Part shown: positions 28,786 to 43,158 of the stretch, in pieces
Numbering within the stretch: the stretch's first letter is position 1
Layout of the letters: each line of letters begins with the position of its first letter
Origin: Chrysomallon squamiferum
Lineage: Eukaryota > Animalia > Mollusca
NCBI GenBank assembly: GCA_012295275.1
Contig: CM022668.1
Coordinates: 2,914,001 to 2,978,000 of the forward strand
DNA: 64,000 nucleotides
Reading direction: 5' to 3'
Translations under genes and position numbers: made by a program
The notes under the pieces: model-generated
Told to the model about the DNA's origin: nothing
What the model saw: only the letters and a program-made list of their open reading frames with translations
Databases searched by the model: none

Positions 28786-28953
28786 TTAAAGGCACTAATC
28801 CAGACATCACAATAGTAAGATGATACATATTAACATTCAAATGCTTGAATGCTTTTTAAGTTCCAAAGACAACAATGATTGTGCAAGTATCCTTTTCATT
28901 TGTTCACAAATAGATTTGCATATATTAAAGATAGTTGACTGGTTGTGCTTTAA
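28786..28953. mobile_element. Decayed MITE with TTAA flanks (Kolobok-like termini)
   Basis: Left end TTAA-aggcactaatccagaca. Right end, reverse-complemented, TTAA-agcacaaccagtca. These are imperfect terminal inverted repeats that start with purines and are flanked by TTAA on both sides. Confidence 0.3.
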
Positions 28954-29041
28954 GAAATGAATACAGACTTTATTAAAATCAACAAAGAATATATACAAAC
29001 ACAGAAAACACACACATAGACACAGACACAGACACAGACAA

Positions 29042-29073
<32 letters not shown>

Positions 29074-29148
29074 ACACAGACACACAGACACACACACACA
29101 CACACACAGACACACACACACACACAGACACACACACACACACACACA

Positions 29149-29205
<57 letters not shown>

Positions 29206-29224
29206 ACACACACACACAGACACA

Positions 29225-29273
<49 letters not shown>

Positions 29274-30030
29274 GGTTTGGTTGTAGAAATTAAAGAGTTT
29301 ACTTGTGGCTGCCAAAAGAAAAGGAAAAATAAATATGTCTGGAATCGGCTCTTCTGATCTTCCAGTATTAAAGAGTGACAGGTGTTTCGGCTGAGGTAAT
29401 TAACAACTAAAGACACATGAAACCATTTGAAGACTGCACAAAACTGCAGTTTAAACAGTTGATAGACATCGTAAAATGTAAAGAGGGGAAACAGCTTCAA
29501 TGGCTGACTGGTTTGGCCACAGAAGTGATCGTGTATAGATTAAAGATACCAGAATCAAGTAGTAGTTGTAGTTGTAATTGTAGTTGTAGTTGTAGTAGCA
29601 GTAGTAGTAGAAGTTGTATATGGTGTAGTGGTAGTGATTGTGATATTAGCAGTGTGCTAATAAAAGAGGCAGTAGTAGTAGTTGTTGTAGTAGTAGTAGC
29701 AGTAGTAGTAGTAGTTGTGATGGTAGCAGTAGCAGTAGTAGTAGTAGTAGTAGTAGTAGCAGTTTTAGTAGTAATAGTAGTGATATTAGTGTATTAATGT
29801 TAGAGTGAATATAATAATAGTAAAGTAACAGTTGGAATGGTATAAAAAGAGGTAGTAATTTTATTTGTAAAAGTGGTGGTAGTTGTAATGATAGTAGTAG
29901 TGGTTGTTGAAGTAGTAATATTAGTAGTGGTAGTAATAACAGTAGTGATAACTGTTGTTGCAGTAGTAATAGTAGTTGTATTAGTAACTGTAGTAGTTGT
30001 AATAGTAATAGTAGTAGTAGCAGCAGCAAC

Positions 30031-30068
<38 letters not shown>

Positions 30069-30509
30069 CAACAACAGCAGCAGTAGCAATAGCAGTAGTA
30101 CTAGTAGTACCAGCACTTTTACAGACAAACATAACAGAATTATTAGACATGATTAAAATGGTTAGACAAAATAAACACGATTAGAATAATACATTAAACA
30201 AAATTTAAAGTATTTAAAAAAAAAAAAATCATTTCATTAAAAACACAAAAAAAAAACTGCACTATTTTTGTAACTCAACTTGTTTATTTCCTCTGACTGA
30301 TAAACAGAAAAATAATTAAATTGAATCTGTTATAACTTAAAGGCAACCGAAAATTTAATTTATTATTGTGTTTCCCTTAAGGCTTTACCACTAGAAAACC
30401 GTAACTTGTGTTAGCTAAAAATTTAATTACAACCAGTCCTATTTCTCACTGATATATATACAGAGAAAATAATTTGACTGAAAACAGAGAGTTAGCTTGT
30501 CTTGATGAT

Positions 30510-30630
30510 CAGCAGTAACAGATACTTTATTGCTGCCTTCCCATAGACAGGACAATAGATATAATGGGGTTTTTTGGCTGTAAATGGAGATTCAGCTGTA
30601 ATGGAGCTATTCTGGAATGGGAAATGGACT
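30510..30630 (-). mobile_element. Decayed SINE fragment, same family as 22840-22955, opposite orientation
   Basis: ccttcccatagacaggacaatagata (from 30536) aligns with the reverse complement of 22892-22921 (ccttcccataaacaggataacacata). Confidence 0.45.
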
Positions 30631-31051
30631 GAAAACTGCACCAAGTAACACTGGAAATGTGATCTTCTCTATCTTCAGCCGGAGAACACAGTTTGCACTA
30701 GGAAAGTACACTGTCTAGGTCAGTGTACACTGAATGTTGTTTTTTTAGTAAATTTAGATCTAAAAAAATAATAATGACTTCTCCCGTCTGAGAAAGAAAG
30801 TTTGGTGGAGAGTACTGCTAAGTCTGTGAAGCCATTTTATCAACTTCGTGACTTAAATTGTAACAGATCTTTTCCATCACCTGCTTCTTAATCTAATCTT
30901 CAGGACTTTCTGACAGTTATCTGCCCTTGGTGGAGCTCTCAAACACAGGAAGACAACAACTTAAGCAAGCTGCCATTTCTTTAAAAAAAAAAAAAAAAAC
31001 GTTTTGTTATCTTTTTGAGTGAAGAGTTCCACACTGTATTCAGACATATTG

Positions 31052-31082
<31 letters not shown>

Positions 31083-32696
31083 CAGGGAGAAGTTATTGGA
31101 GTGTTGGTTTTGGCAAATTTTTCTCTTGACTGTTCTCCAGTGCAATAATATTTCCAGTGATTTACACAATACCTCTTAGACAATGTTCATGTTTTTTAAT
31201 GACGATAACATACGGACTGGTATGTCATGGTCTGATAGTAAACACACAGATATACGTATATCACTGTACTTAACATTGGAGTGGGAATTTTTTTTTAAAC
31301 TTTTTTATTTTTGTTTAGCTAAGCTCACACAATCTGGCAGTTTGCCAGTGTGTGTAAGGCTAAAAGTGTGTAATGTATACCGTATATTGTAAACTTTGTG
31401 TATTGTTGAGTCTGTCGTAAATACTCTTTGAATATCTATAGATATGTGAATCATCGTCTGTCTGTGTATGTTTGTCTGTGTATGTGAGTAAGCAGTAGTA
31501 GTAGTGGTAAAAGAGGTAGTGTAGAAGTAGTAGTAGTAAAGTAGTAACAGTACAGTGGTTGTAGAAGCAGTTGTGCTGTGGCTGATGTAGTGCAGACATA
31601 GTAGTAGTAGTAGTATAATAATATTATAATAGTAGCAGTATAGTAATAATACAGTAGTAATAACATAGCAATAGTACAGTGGTTATAGCAGTAATAGTAG
31701 AAGTAGCAGTAAAGGTAGTAACAGCAGTAGTAGTAATAGTAAAAGTTGTAGTTGTAGTAGAGTAGTAGTAACAGCAGAAGAAGTAGCAGTAGTTGTAGTA
31801 GTAGCAGTATTCTTACATTTATTAAAAGCATTTAACCATTAGGTCAGAGACAAACAATAGAATACTATTATTTTTCTACTACTAGATACAAATATGAAAT
31901 ATTTTTAATTCAGCAGAATTTGCCGCTAAGTGATAATGTAAAAATAAACACACACACACACACCCTTATCTATTTTCAGAACTGATAATGTTTTCTTTAC
32001 AAGTATTGGCTGTAAACTGCTTGCAGTTTCTTTTGTCTGCGAGTATGCTCATGTGTTTATTGTCACATGTAATGAGTTTTGTGTCCAATTAGAAAACTGG
32101 TAACAAGAACTGACAATGTCTTCACTTAGTCTGTCAATTTCCCTTTCTACCTCTTAAGTGAAATATTGCATTCCTGGTAATAACATAGATTCTAGCATCA
32201 GTAGTCATAATTGTTGACACTGTAGTAGTAGTAGTAGTAGTAGTAGCACGTTGTTGATGTTGTAGTATTTGTTGTTTTATATGTTGCGTATAAGAAGTGG
32301 TATTTGCTGAAGTTTTGGTAGATGCTGTTTTATATATAAAGTATAAGTAGTAGTAGTTATTGTTGATGTTGTAGTATTTGTTGTGGTAGTTGTTGCTTTA
32401 TATATAAAGTATATACAAACAGTAGCAGTGATTGTTGATGATGTAGTATTTGCTGTAGTGGTTTTATATATGACTATAAGAAGTAATGGTAATTGTAGAA
32501 GATACTGTAGTAGTTGTAAAAGATGTTGTTGTTGTAGTAATGGTGGTAGTTGTAGTTGTAGAAGGAAAAGTAATTTCCAACTGCTGCTATGGAATACAGC
32601 CTGTATGTGATGAATAATTTACTTCTGACTGTTGTAGTAGTTGGTGTAGTAGTAGTAGTGGCATTAACAGTCAGTTGTAGTTGTCTCTTTCTTTTA

Positions 32697-32775
<79 letters not shown>

Positions 32776-33388
32776 CTACACTAACAGATACTGTGATGAA
32801 ACTAACATAGAGAACAATACAAGCTATATTTGACATCTACTGGTGGAATACGTGATGAATAATTTACCAGTGACTGTATAATTCCAGTAGACAACACCCA
32901 GGAGACTGTTAATTCATTGGAACTAATCATGAACCTGTGTGTGCTACTCTCAACCTCAGACTTGTAATCAGGATTCAGCCAATGAGGTAGACACTGTCTA
33001 CATTTCCCAAATCTACACCAGTCTCGGGTACAGAGTCACTGGGATAATTCCTACTTTGTTAACTAGATAGACAGAGATTCAGATGGAAAGAATGGAAGGA
33101 AAGAAGAAAGGAAGGAAGGAAGGAAAAGATACGATGAATGAAAGTAAGGATGAATAAAGGAAGGAAAGAATGTTTAATATTTTTCAAGAAAGTTTTTGTT
33201 ATTTATCACTTTATATGTTTTGAATATATATATATATATTTTTTTGTTTGTTTGTTTGTATTAATAACTAATTAGCAACTCTAAATATTTTCTGTTTACT
33301 TTCATACAGTCTGGTATATGATACAGCTCCTTGAGTAAACTGTGCAGATGACAGTCTGTGACCATTTGTGCTTCAAGCCAATATCCAA

Positions 33389-33420
<32 letters not shown>

Positions 33421-34456
33421 ATGTTGACACACATATACACATATATACACACACACACACACCCACTCATATACATACACACACACACACAGACATACAC
33501 ACACCTATACATACACAAATATATACACACACTCATATACATATAGACACATACCTAATACAAACATACACATACAGAAACATACATATACACATACACA
33601 GACACAAACACACACACACATACATACATACATAATTATTCGGTGTACTTAATAACAGTCACGAAATGAATAAATACAAAACTGTTCTCTCTTTTATTTA
33701 CGTAATACAGAAACCTTTCTGTTTGAAACTAATCTCTTAAAAGCCTTTATTTCTGAAATCATAAATCACATTAAGTCATAAATTTTCTGTAATAAACATT
33801 CATTTATGCACTTCTTCGTTTTATTGTTTTGTCCTGTCTCACTCACTTTCATTCTTTCTTTTTTTTAATTCTTTAATTTATTTTTTATTTTTCTGGGGGG
33901 GTGTGGGTTAATTTGGACTATGTTAATTTTACTTTTATACAGTGAAACCTGTTTTAAAAATCAAGCCAAAAAAAAAAAAAAAAAAATGTTTTAAATTTGT
34001 CCTTATAAAAGAGGTGGCCGCATTAAAAATTATCACATAAGACAGGAAGATGCTTTATACAAGTCAGTTAATATATATATATAGTTAATATATATATATA
34101 TATATATATATATACAGGTGACTAAATCCACATAATACAGGTGACCCTTTAAAGCAGGTTTCACTGTATTTTAGTTTTTATTAAGGAAAGTGCATTGCAC
34201 TCTCTGCTATGTGTATCTGATGACAGGAATATTTTCAAACAAAGAAAATTAATTCACCCTGGGTGACTCACACGTTTAACTCAGTGACATGCCTCTGGTT
34301 ACCTGTTATCTCGCATTAAACTTACCTGTCTCGCAATAACTTTTAAATCAATGAATTATTACCCACACATTTTCATAACATACCAGGGGGGATGAGGCAG
34401 GGGTGGAGGGGGAGGGAAGCAGGCAGAGAAAGAGACAGAGAAAGCAAGACAGATTC

Positions 34457-34542
<86 letters not shown>

Positions 34543-37500
34543 AGGAAGAATGAAAAATAAAAAAGATTAATGATATATAAGAAATAAAGAGACAAAAAGA
34601 AAGGGAAGAAGCTATTACTGTTGCTATTACTTATTGATATTATTATTATTGTTGTTGTTGTCACTGCTGTTAACAATTGATATTATTTGTGTTACAGTTT
34701 TTAGTTTTATTTATTTAGTTTTATAAAGACATGCAGATAAACAGACAGACAGACAGACATGAATAAGTAGCCGTTAAATGAACTTAATGACCTGCGAGTG
34801 AGTTGCACCTGTATATTTTGCAGGTAAGTCTCGTCACATTTGCATTATTTTCATGTCAGTTCAACCTTCAGATACCTGAGTGAGGACACCAGATACTGCC
34901 AAAGGTCAAAGGTAAACAAAGATTTGCTATCACTATCATGTACTGACATGCATGACGTCCTATCAGATCAGTTTTCCCTTGATAACATGTTTGAAGGGCA
35001 AAAAAATAGCAACAGGAAGCTGCTGTATGAGTTTACAGTTCCGCAGTGAATGGAAGTTATTCTGCGGTTGGAAAATATTCTGCTTCATTTATTAAGCGTC
35101 GTCTTTTAGAGGTGAAAGAAAAAAGAAAGAAAAAGAATAGAAAAGAAAGAATAAATGAAAGAAAGAAAAGAAAAGAAATGAAGAAATGAAAGAGAAAAGA
35201 AAAATAAGAAAACCCAAAACCGAAAAAGAAGAAAAAGAAATGAAAATGATAAATGAAAGAAGAAAAATGAGAAAAAGAAAAAAAAAAGAAAAAAAAATTT
35301 AGTTTACTTATTCAATTTACTTGAAATGATTTATATTCAAGAGAAATAAAATTAACAAGAGATAAAGAAAGAAAAAAACCCATACAGAAACACAGACAGA
35401 AATGGCTATATAAAGAAATAAAGACAGGCGAAAAAATCCAACAAAAAAACCCAACAAGACTGTTCATAAGTGAGAGAAAGACTGAGACAAAGAAGGATAC
35501 AGAGACAGGCAGAGAAGAAAAAAAAAGGAAAGAGGGAAAGAGACTGAACATACAAACTAATGTAAAAACGACAATTTGAAATCATTCTGCAGACATTATT
35601 CAAGCACGTCAGTTCCACTGAATCATCCCATCACTCAGACTGCCAGCTTGAAAGCCATTACTGTATCAAAACATATCTTCCTTTTCAGATAATCACAGGC
35701 TTAACCTTCACGAGAGAATTTACAAATTTCATATTCTGCAATTCATCGGCATTGTCGGACTTATTTTCACTGCAGATTTACAAATTTCATATTCTGCAAT
35801 TCATAGTGTAATAAGGTTTACTGTCAGTGCAAATCTCTTCAGTCAAAACATTTCTGTGCCCTATCTTGAAACATCTCCCACTTGTCAATAAGGTTATGAA
35901 AACCAAACATCACAAATGTCAGTGGTAATAAAATCAGGATGCGCAACCCTTATACTGCATTGACATTTCTCCGTACCCTTCTGCTGGTGTCGTGTATAAT
36001 TTGTACCCCATGAAAATAGGTCCCTAGGGGTATTTTTTTTTCTTACAACATTTATGTAGCATTTGTTTGGTGTTGTGAAAAGATTTGAACCTCATGAAAA
36101 TATCCTAAGTAAAATTATTTACTTTTGTGTTATATACAATATGAACACTAGGTAAATTTGTACCCTAGGATATTTTTTTTACATCCTTTGGATGGTGTCA
36201 CGAAAGATTTAAACCTCATGAAAATATGCCATGTGAAATAATTCCCTTTATATATATATATACATATTACTTACTGTTTTATTATCGTCTTGCTTTTCAG
36301 TTGTTGTCATGTATAATCTGATACCTATTATAATATGTCCATTTGTAATTTGAACCCTGTGAAATCATGCTCCTAAAGAGTATACATGGCATGACACATA
36401 TCATAAACAGTCATACAGATAATACTTCATTAATGGACAGATAGACAGATAAACAGACAGACAGATGAAGACGTAAGATAAAAGATGGACAGACAGAACA
36501 AATAAACAGATGGATGAATGGACAAAGAACATCTATGGATGAATGAATAAGACAAACTGATAGATTGAGTGAACAGAAAGAAAAGAGGATGAATGAATGA
36601 ACAGATATGAAATATAAATCAATGGATGGATGCACAGGAAAGAAAATGGACAGACAGACAGACAGAAAAAAGGAAAGAACGGATAAACAGACAGATAAGA
36701 GTGGAATGATGGATGGGAATGGATATAATTATTGATAAGAAAGAAAGACAGATACACAAGAACAAATAGTAAAAATAAATGTATGGAAGAGAAGAAACCT
36801 GACAAATTAGATAATTAATCAGACATCAAACAGAAAGAAAAAAAAAGAAAAAAAAAAAAAGAAAAAAAGAGAAAAATCAGTAATAAGAGATAAAAAGAGG
36901 AGATTATGTGTAAAGGAGACTGTGTCTGTGTCAGTAGTTACTCGTCTGTCGTCTGCGAAGCAGCTGATCTGGAATGTGACAGGCAGACATGTGGGTGACA
37001 GGGTGATATGTGGGTCACCTTCCTTCCCGCCTGTCACTGAAAGCTCTTTGAGAGAAGCAAACAGACGATGTGAACGTTGTGAACGATGTGAACACTGAAA
37101 ACGATGTGAACACCAAAAACGATGTCAAAGCAGTCGGTGCGCAACCTCATCTGCGAAGGACAACTTTTCTTGGGCAACTCAGAAGGATGTTTCTTCTTTT
37201 GTTTTTTTCTGTCTTTTTTTTTCTTTTAAAGCTTTTTTTACAACAAATATATCTATGGAGTATACTCACCAACAAAAGAAACTTTTTTCTTTCTTTCAAC
37301 AAATGTGTGTGTGATGTGTTTGTGTATGTCTGTGTGTTTTATATATATGTACACAAAGGGAAAGAATTAATATTAAATTGATTTTACTTAAACAGAACAG
37401 GATACACTGATGAATGGAAGAATTATATGAGTTTACAAAGTTAAAAAAACATGTGTCAGTCTAACACACATTCAATGTGAGATGAATTACACAGATCAGG

Positions 37501-37747
37501 ACAGACAGCCACACACACAGACACACAGACAGTTTCTGATTAAGTGTGTGGGCCAGCCTGACTGGAAACAAATAAACGGATGCAAGACAATCAGACACAC
37601 AGACAGACAGACAATATGGATTATGCTATATAAATAGACAATCTGCAATAACTGTAAAACTAAGACAGACAGAGAAATGGACAGAAAGGGCAAAATGTTA
37701 CTACTCATGAATTGATAAAACAAATATGTCAAGAAATAAAGTTTTCT

Positions 37748-37810
<63 letters not shown>

Positions 37811-37857
37811 ATTTAATAATGAATAAGCTTACAAATCTATATGATGCCTACAAAGCA

Positions 37858-37940
37858 AACACATACACACAAACAAGCACACATACACAAACAAGCACAC
37901 ATACACAAACAAGCACACATACACAAACAAGCACACATTC
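37858..37940. repeat. 18-bp minisatellite derived from (CA)n
   Basis: cacatacacaaacaagca is repeated about four times. Confidence 0.85.
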
Positions 37941-38488
37941 ACAAAAACTCACACATACATAAGTACACACATTATTACAACAATTTTATTTCAACTTTAA
38001 AAATACCACAGTGTATATTTTACAGACACACATAATAAACACACTTGTAGACCTGTTTTTTGAAAACTTAAACAAAATTCACAACTCTTTCTGGGCCAGT
38101 TTGTCACAAATCAGTTATAACATTAACCTAATTCATCGCATCTTTGATTTAGCCATGTTTCCTTCTTGTTGTGGAAAACACAATGAGGCATTTATACGAA
38201 ATAACATAAGTATAATAATTCCTCTTAGCGAAATCAAGAAACCAAAACCTGAAGTGTTGTATGCTTGACCTATGGTGAACAGGTAATCTTCTAAACATAA
38301 AGCAGCAATTTCATACCTCACCTGGCCTAATGCGTTTACCTAGTTACACGAAGTTTGTTTTTGTTACCTGTTGAAAAGAAAGTCATTTTTATTACCTGTT
38401 GTTATCATTCCCTGGCTGGCCGAGTTTGGAAAGGGATTTGGTCAGAAATATTTTGATCAGCTTTTGAGGTATAAGAAGAAAGAAAAAG

Positions 38489-38565
<77 letters not shown>

Positions 38566-39908
38566 AGAAAGAGACAATGTAAAGAAGACTGAGTAAGAGA
38601 AATGGAGAGAAAGACAAAGACAGAATGGAAAAAAGGATGAAAGAAAAAAAAAAAAAAAAAACCTGTAGATTTGTTCTATGTAATATAAAACAGTAGACAA
38701 CCATGACCTGGTAAATACACTGGTTACCCCACGACAACTGCTAACTCAGCACTTTTACACTGAACCAAAAAAAAAAAAAAATAAAAATTTATGCTGTCAA
38801 CTCTGGAATACCAAAATTATATTTTGATGGATGCTGTAGTTGCTAATGAGAGATTATTTGCATTAGCAACATGTTACATCGGCCACAACGGCTGAAGAAT
38901 TAATAGTGAACTTTCATGCAATGAACTGCTACATCTTTATTAACAATATATGTTTTGGTCTCTGTTTTCATTCTCCAGGGAAATGATTCTATTGGTTCTG
39001 AGATTGGCTCTCGAAGCAGAAGCGGAGTTTCAGATCATAGTAATCATCGGAAAGTGCCGCAAAGTCCCAGAGTATCGGAGATTTCAAAATATTAACCTTC
39101 AAGTTAGAAGTGGGTTAGATTTGCCTGTCGAGCATTATGCTGCTGGTTTTAAAAGATGTTATTAGCGGTGTGGACGGTAGTATGTTGTGATTTCTCTGGC
39201 AGGTAATTTCATTAGCAAACTCTTGTTAACAGTGCATTGTGGGAATTGTCGTAACCATGAATATGGAACAGCAAACAAATGAGATAGGTAATAAATGTTG
39301 AATTGTGAAATAGGTGCATGCACGCACACACATGCATTCTCTCTATCACACACACACACACAAATTATACACATAAAGAAACACTCTGACCTTTAAAAAA
39401 AAAAAAAAATGGGAAAACAAAATCACTTTACAACTGAAAGAAAATATTTTAACAAGCTCCTACATGTTTAACAAACGACATTAATTCCTAGTGTACTAAA
39501 ACATGTACCTAGCATGTAAACAAAATGTTCTGAAAATAATCTACCTTTTGTTATACCTGACAGAAATAGGTCAGATCTTTTACAAGTGTTTAACTTCACT
39601 GAACAATAAATAGCAAAAGTAAACAACAACAAAAATAAATAAACCAAATGTAAACAAATGTGTAGTAAAGTAGTTAGTTATACAAACATATATAAATAAA
39701 AATGTAAACATATATTAATTACAAATACTTGACTGGATAAAACAGTGGTAATAGAGATACACACTGGTGTAGACAGTTAAATAAAAAAAAGAAAGAAAGA
39801 AAAAGAGGCAAAACAAAAAGCCTATGTAGACTGGTTTGTTTAAATTATAATTTATTTAAAAAATTAAAAATAAAAAGTATAATAATAATAATAATAATGG
39901 TAATAATA

Positions 39909-39947
<39 letters not shown>

Positions 39948-41014
39948 TCAATAATAACAACAACAATAACAATAGCTATATAAGATGTAAACAGGTTAAA
40001 TTTATTTCAATTTCGTCTAACTAAAAATTAATAAGTTAACAAAAATAAACATAAATTGTTCAGAAATAGGTTATCTCAATAACAATTCTTCAACACAGAA
40101 CAAAAAATAAAATAAAATAAAATAAAATAAAATAAAATAAATAAATAAATAAATAAATAAAATAAATTAAATAAATAAAATAAATAATAAAATAAAATAA
40201 ATAAATAAAATAAATAATAAAATAAAATAAAATAAATAAATAAAAATAAATAAATAAATAAATAAATTAAATAAATAAATAAATAAATAAAACTTCCTTT
40301 TAACTATTTTCCTACAAGTCACAGACACACAAATTCTTGAACAAGGTCATTATCACTTTTACATCATCTTTCTCGTCATAGAAAAAAACAACTAAAAAAA
40401 AAAAACAACTAAAAAAGAACTAGACACATTTGTAACACTGCTAAATTCTTTATTATTCAAGTCACCTCTGTCCTAAACCTTTTAATGTTGCCATGAAAAC
40501 AGATATGTGGTGTGAGACCCATTAAAAACGCTTGCTTGAATTTGATTGGTCAATTTTCTCCAGTTGCTCAAGTGACATGCAGAATACTTAAAAAGCTTCT
40601 CTGAGGTAAACTATAACATACAAAAAAAAAAAAAAAAAAAAAGGCTGGTATGTAATACTGTAATTTATATGCTTACTCAGTGTGCTACGTAAGTAGAAAC
40701 ACTGAACAATACACACTGGTAATACACAGAGCTGAAACCTAATACTAAGCCTATTATAATTCGAGACTAATACCATTCAAAGTTAATGACTAATTAAAAG
40801 TTTAAATTCTGCAAATCTGTGTAACTGATAATGAGAAATGTTTTCATCTCTTCATCTGTTTGTCTGTCTGTCTGATACTCTTTCAGCTTTTATCTCTCTA
40901 TATGTCTGACTCACTATTTCTTTCTTCTGTTATTTTTTTATCTCAATACCTTATCATTTTCTGTTCCTTTTTCTCTCTCCCTCTTTCATTTCCCTCCCTT
41001 TCCCTTATTGTCTT

Positions 41015-41089
<75 letters not shown>

Positions 41090-41880
41090 GGAAATCAATT
41101 ACAAAGCAGCAACACAAGGCAGTATATACAATATGACAATATACCACACAGTGAGGTATATTGCAACATAATACTCTTATATCAAAAACATAAGACAGCA
41201 CAATTGAGGGGATATTACCACACAATGCTCTGATATCAAAAAGGATTACAGTTACAAAATAATGTTTGCCAAGGGCTTCACAAAGCTTAATACCCTAATT
41301 AAACACAAACTGGGGAGCTCATTACAACTTGGCCTATAAGAAAACATTCAAAATATACACACTGTACTGACTGAATTGTTAGCATTGTGGTTGTATTACT
41401 TGGGGTGAATGTGTGTGTGTGTGTGTGTGTGTTATGTCTGTGTATGTATATGTGTGTGAATTTGTGTTTATGTTATGTTGTGTATGTTGATGTTGTGTGT
41501 CTTTTTCTTTCTTTCTTTTGTTCAATGTCATTCTTCCTGTTAACTGTTTTAATTGTCTGTCTATTTATGCTGTGTAGAGAAAATACCAGAGTGTGTTTGA
41601 AGAGAGACAGAGAGACAAGTAGACAGATGAATAGAGAGAGAGAGAGAGAGACAGAGACAGATGAGGTGACTATTACAAAGGTCAGTACAGGTGTAAAACA
41701 GAGAAGAAAGAAAGGCTCAGTAGCCTACCTGTTTTAAAATTTAAATATTAAAATATCCCACATACCAAACACACATACAACATTAAGTGCATCTATGATG
41801 AAAGACAGAAAGAAATAAGCCGATATATACTGAATACTTTCAAGTTGTATTTTAGGTGTATTTTGTACCTTTAATTAATA

Positions 41881-41953
<73 letters not shown>

Positions 41954-42328
41954 CAATTTATTTAGTCATTCTTTTATGAGTGTGTGTGTATCAGCTGTCC
42001 AATCTTAATTAATAATAAAGTATAACAACAAAAGAGTAAAGTTTAAAAATATCTGGATTATAATATATTGTGTATTTCAGGGTATGGAATTTGTTTAATC
42101 CAGATGTATCACGTTTTGTGTGGGTTGACTGCTAACCTAATCCAACTGAACAAATTAAACACTGACTAACAACAGCTTCAAGTTAATACAGTTTACAAAG
42201 GTTATCTGATTTACAGTGCTGTAATCTAACTGAATTGTTTGAAGATTTCATTTTGCATCACCTATTTATGTTTAGAGTTAATAAGGGTTAAAACATATCT
42301 TTTGTAATATATATATATAAATATATAC

Positions 42329-42364
<36 letters not shown>

Positions 42365-42453
42365 ATCTATGTACATGGGTATGTATGTGTGTATGAATGT
42401 TTTGGTATGTATGTTTGTATAAATGAATGTATGTGTGTGTGTATGTATGTATG

Positions 42454-42492
<39 letters not shown>

Positions 42493-42916
42493 TCATGTTT
42501 ATAATGCAAAACAAAATAATACTTAAATATTTGTAAAATAATTTCAAGTTACAAATCAAACTCAGTTTAAAATAAAAACATTTTGTTGTTAAATGTTTAT
42601 TTCTATTTAAAATGTTATTTTGACAGAATGTCAGTATAGATTATTATTATTTTATTTTTTTCAGTCATATTTTTGTTCTGACATTCTGTAACACTAAACT
42701 TGTTGACACTTTGAAAAACACAAAACATAATATTGAAAAATAAAAAAAAGTAAAATGTGGTTTGAGATCATTATTTTAAAAACTACATTATAATACTTTC
42801 CTGACAACTTGTCAAAATTGCACTGTATGGCATTATCATGCAGAATTAGAGTTAGAAAATTGAAAAGAGTAAATAAACAAAAAAAAAATAAAACTAAAAT
42901 GACATAAAAAAAAATG

Positions 42917-42947
<31 letters not shown>

Positions 42948-43111
42948 AAATAAATGATATAAAAAATAATAAAAAAAATAAAGATAAAAAAAAAAAAAAT
43001 AAAAAAAAATGAAAAAAAAAAAATAAAAAAATAAAAAAAAAAATGAAATAAATAAAATAAAATAAAATAAAATAAAATAAATAAAACAAAAAAATGTGGT
43101 TTGAGACCATT

Positions 43112-43158
<47 letters not shown>

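Noticed and set aside
34805-34830. Plus-strand tattttgCAG|GTAAGT as a ratchet point
   Set aside because: It is antisense to the inferred gene, has a short pyrimidine tract, and lies inside a CAGGTR cluster. It also shows that such motifs can arise without a splicing function, which tempers the weaker minus-strand candidates.
38955-39200. Plus-strand exon (ttttcattctccag|GNDSIGSEIGSRSRSG...)
   Set aside because: It is antisense to the host gene, has no partner exons and no recognisable protein. The CpG content and paired CCAAT/EBF-like motifs fit a regulatory islet better.
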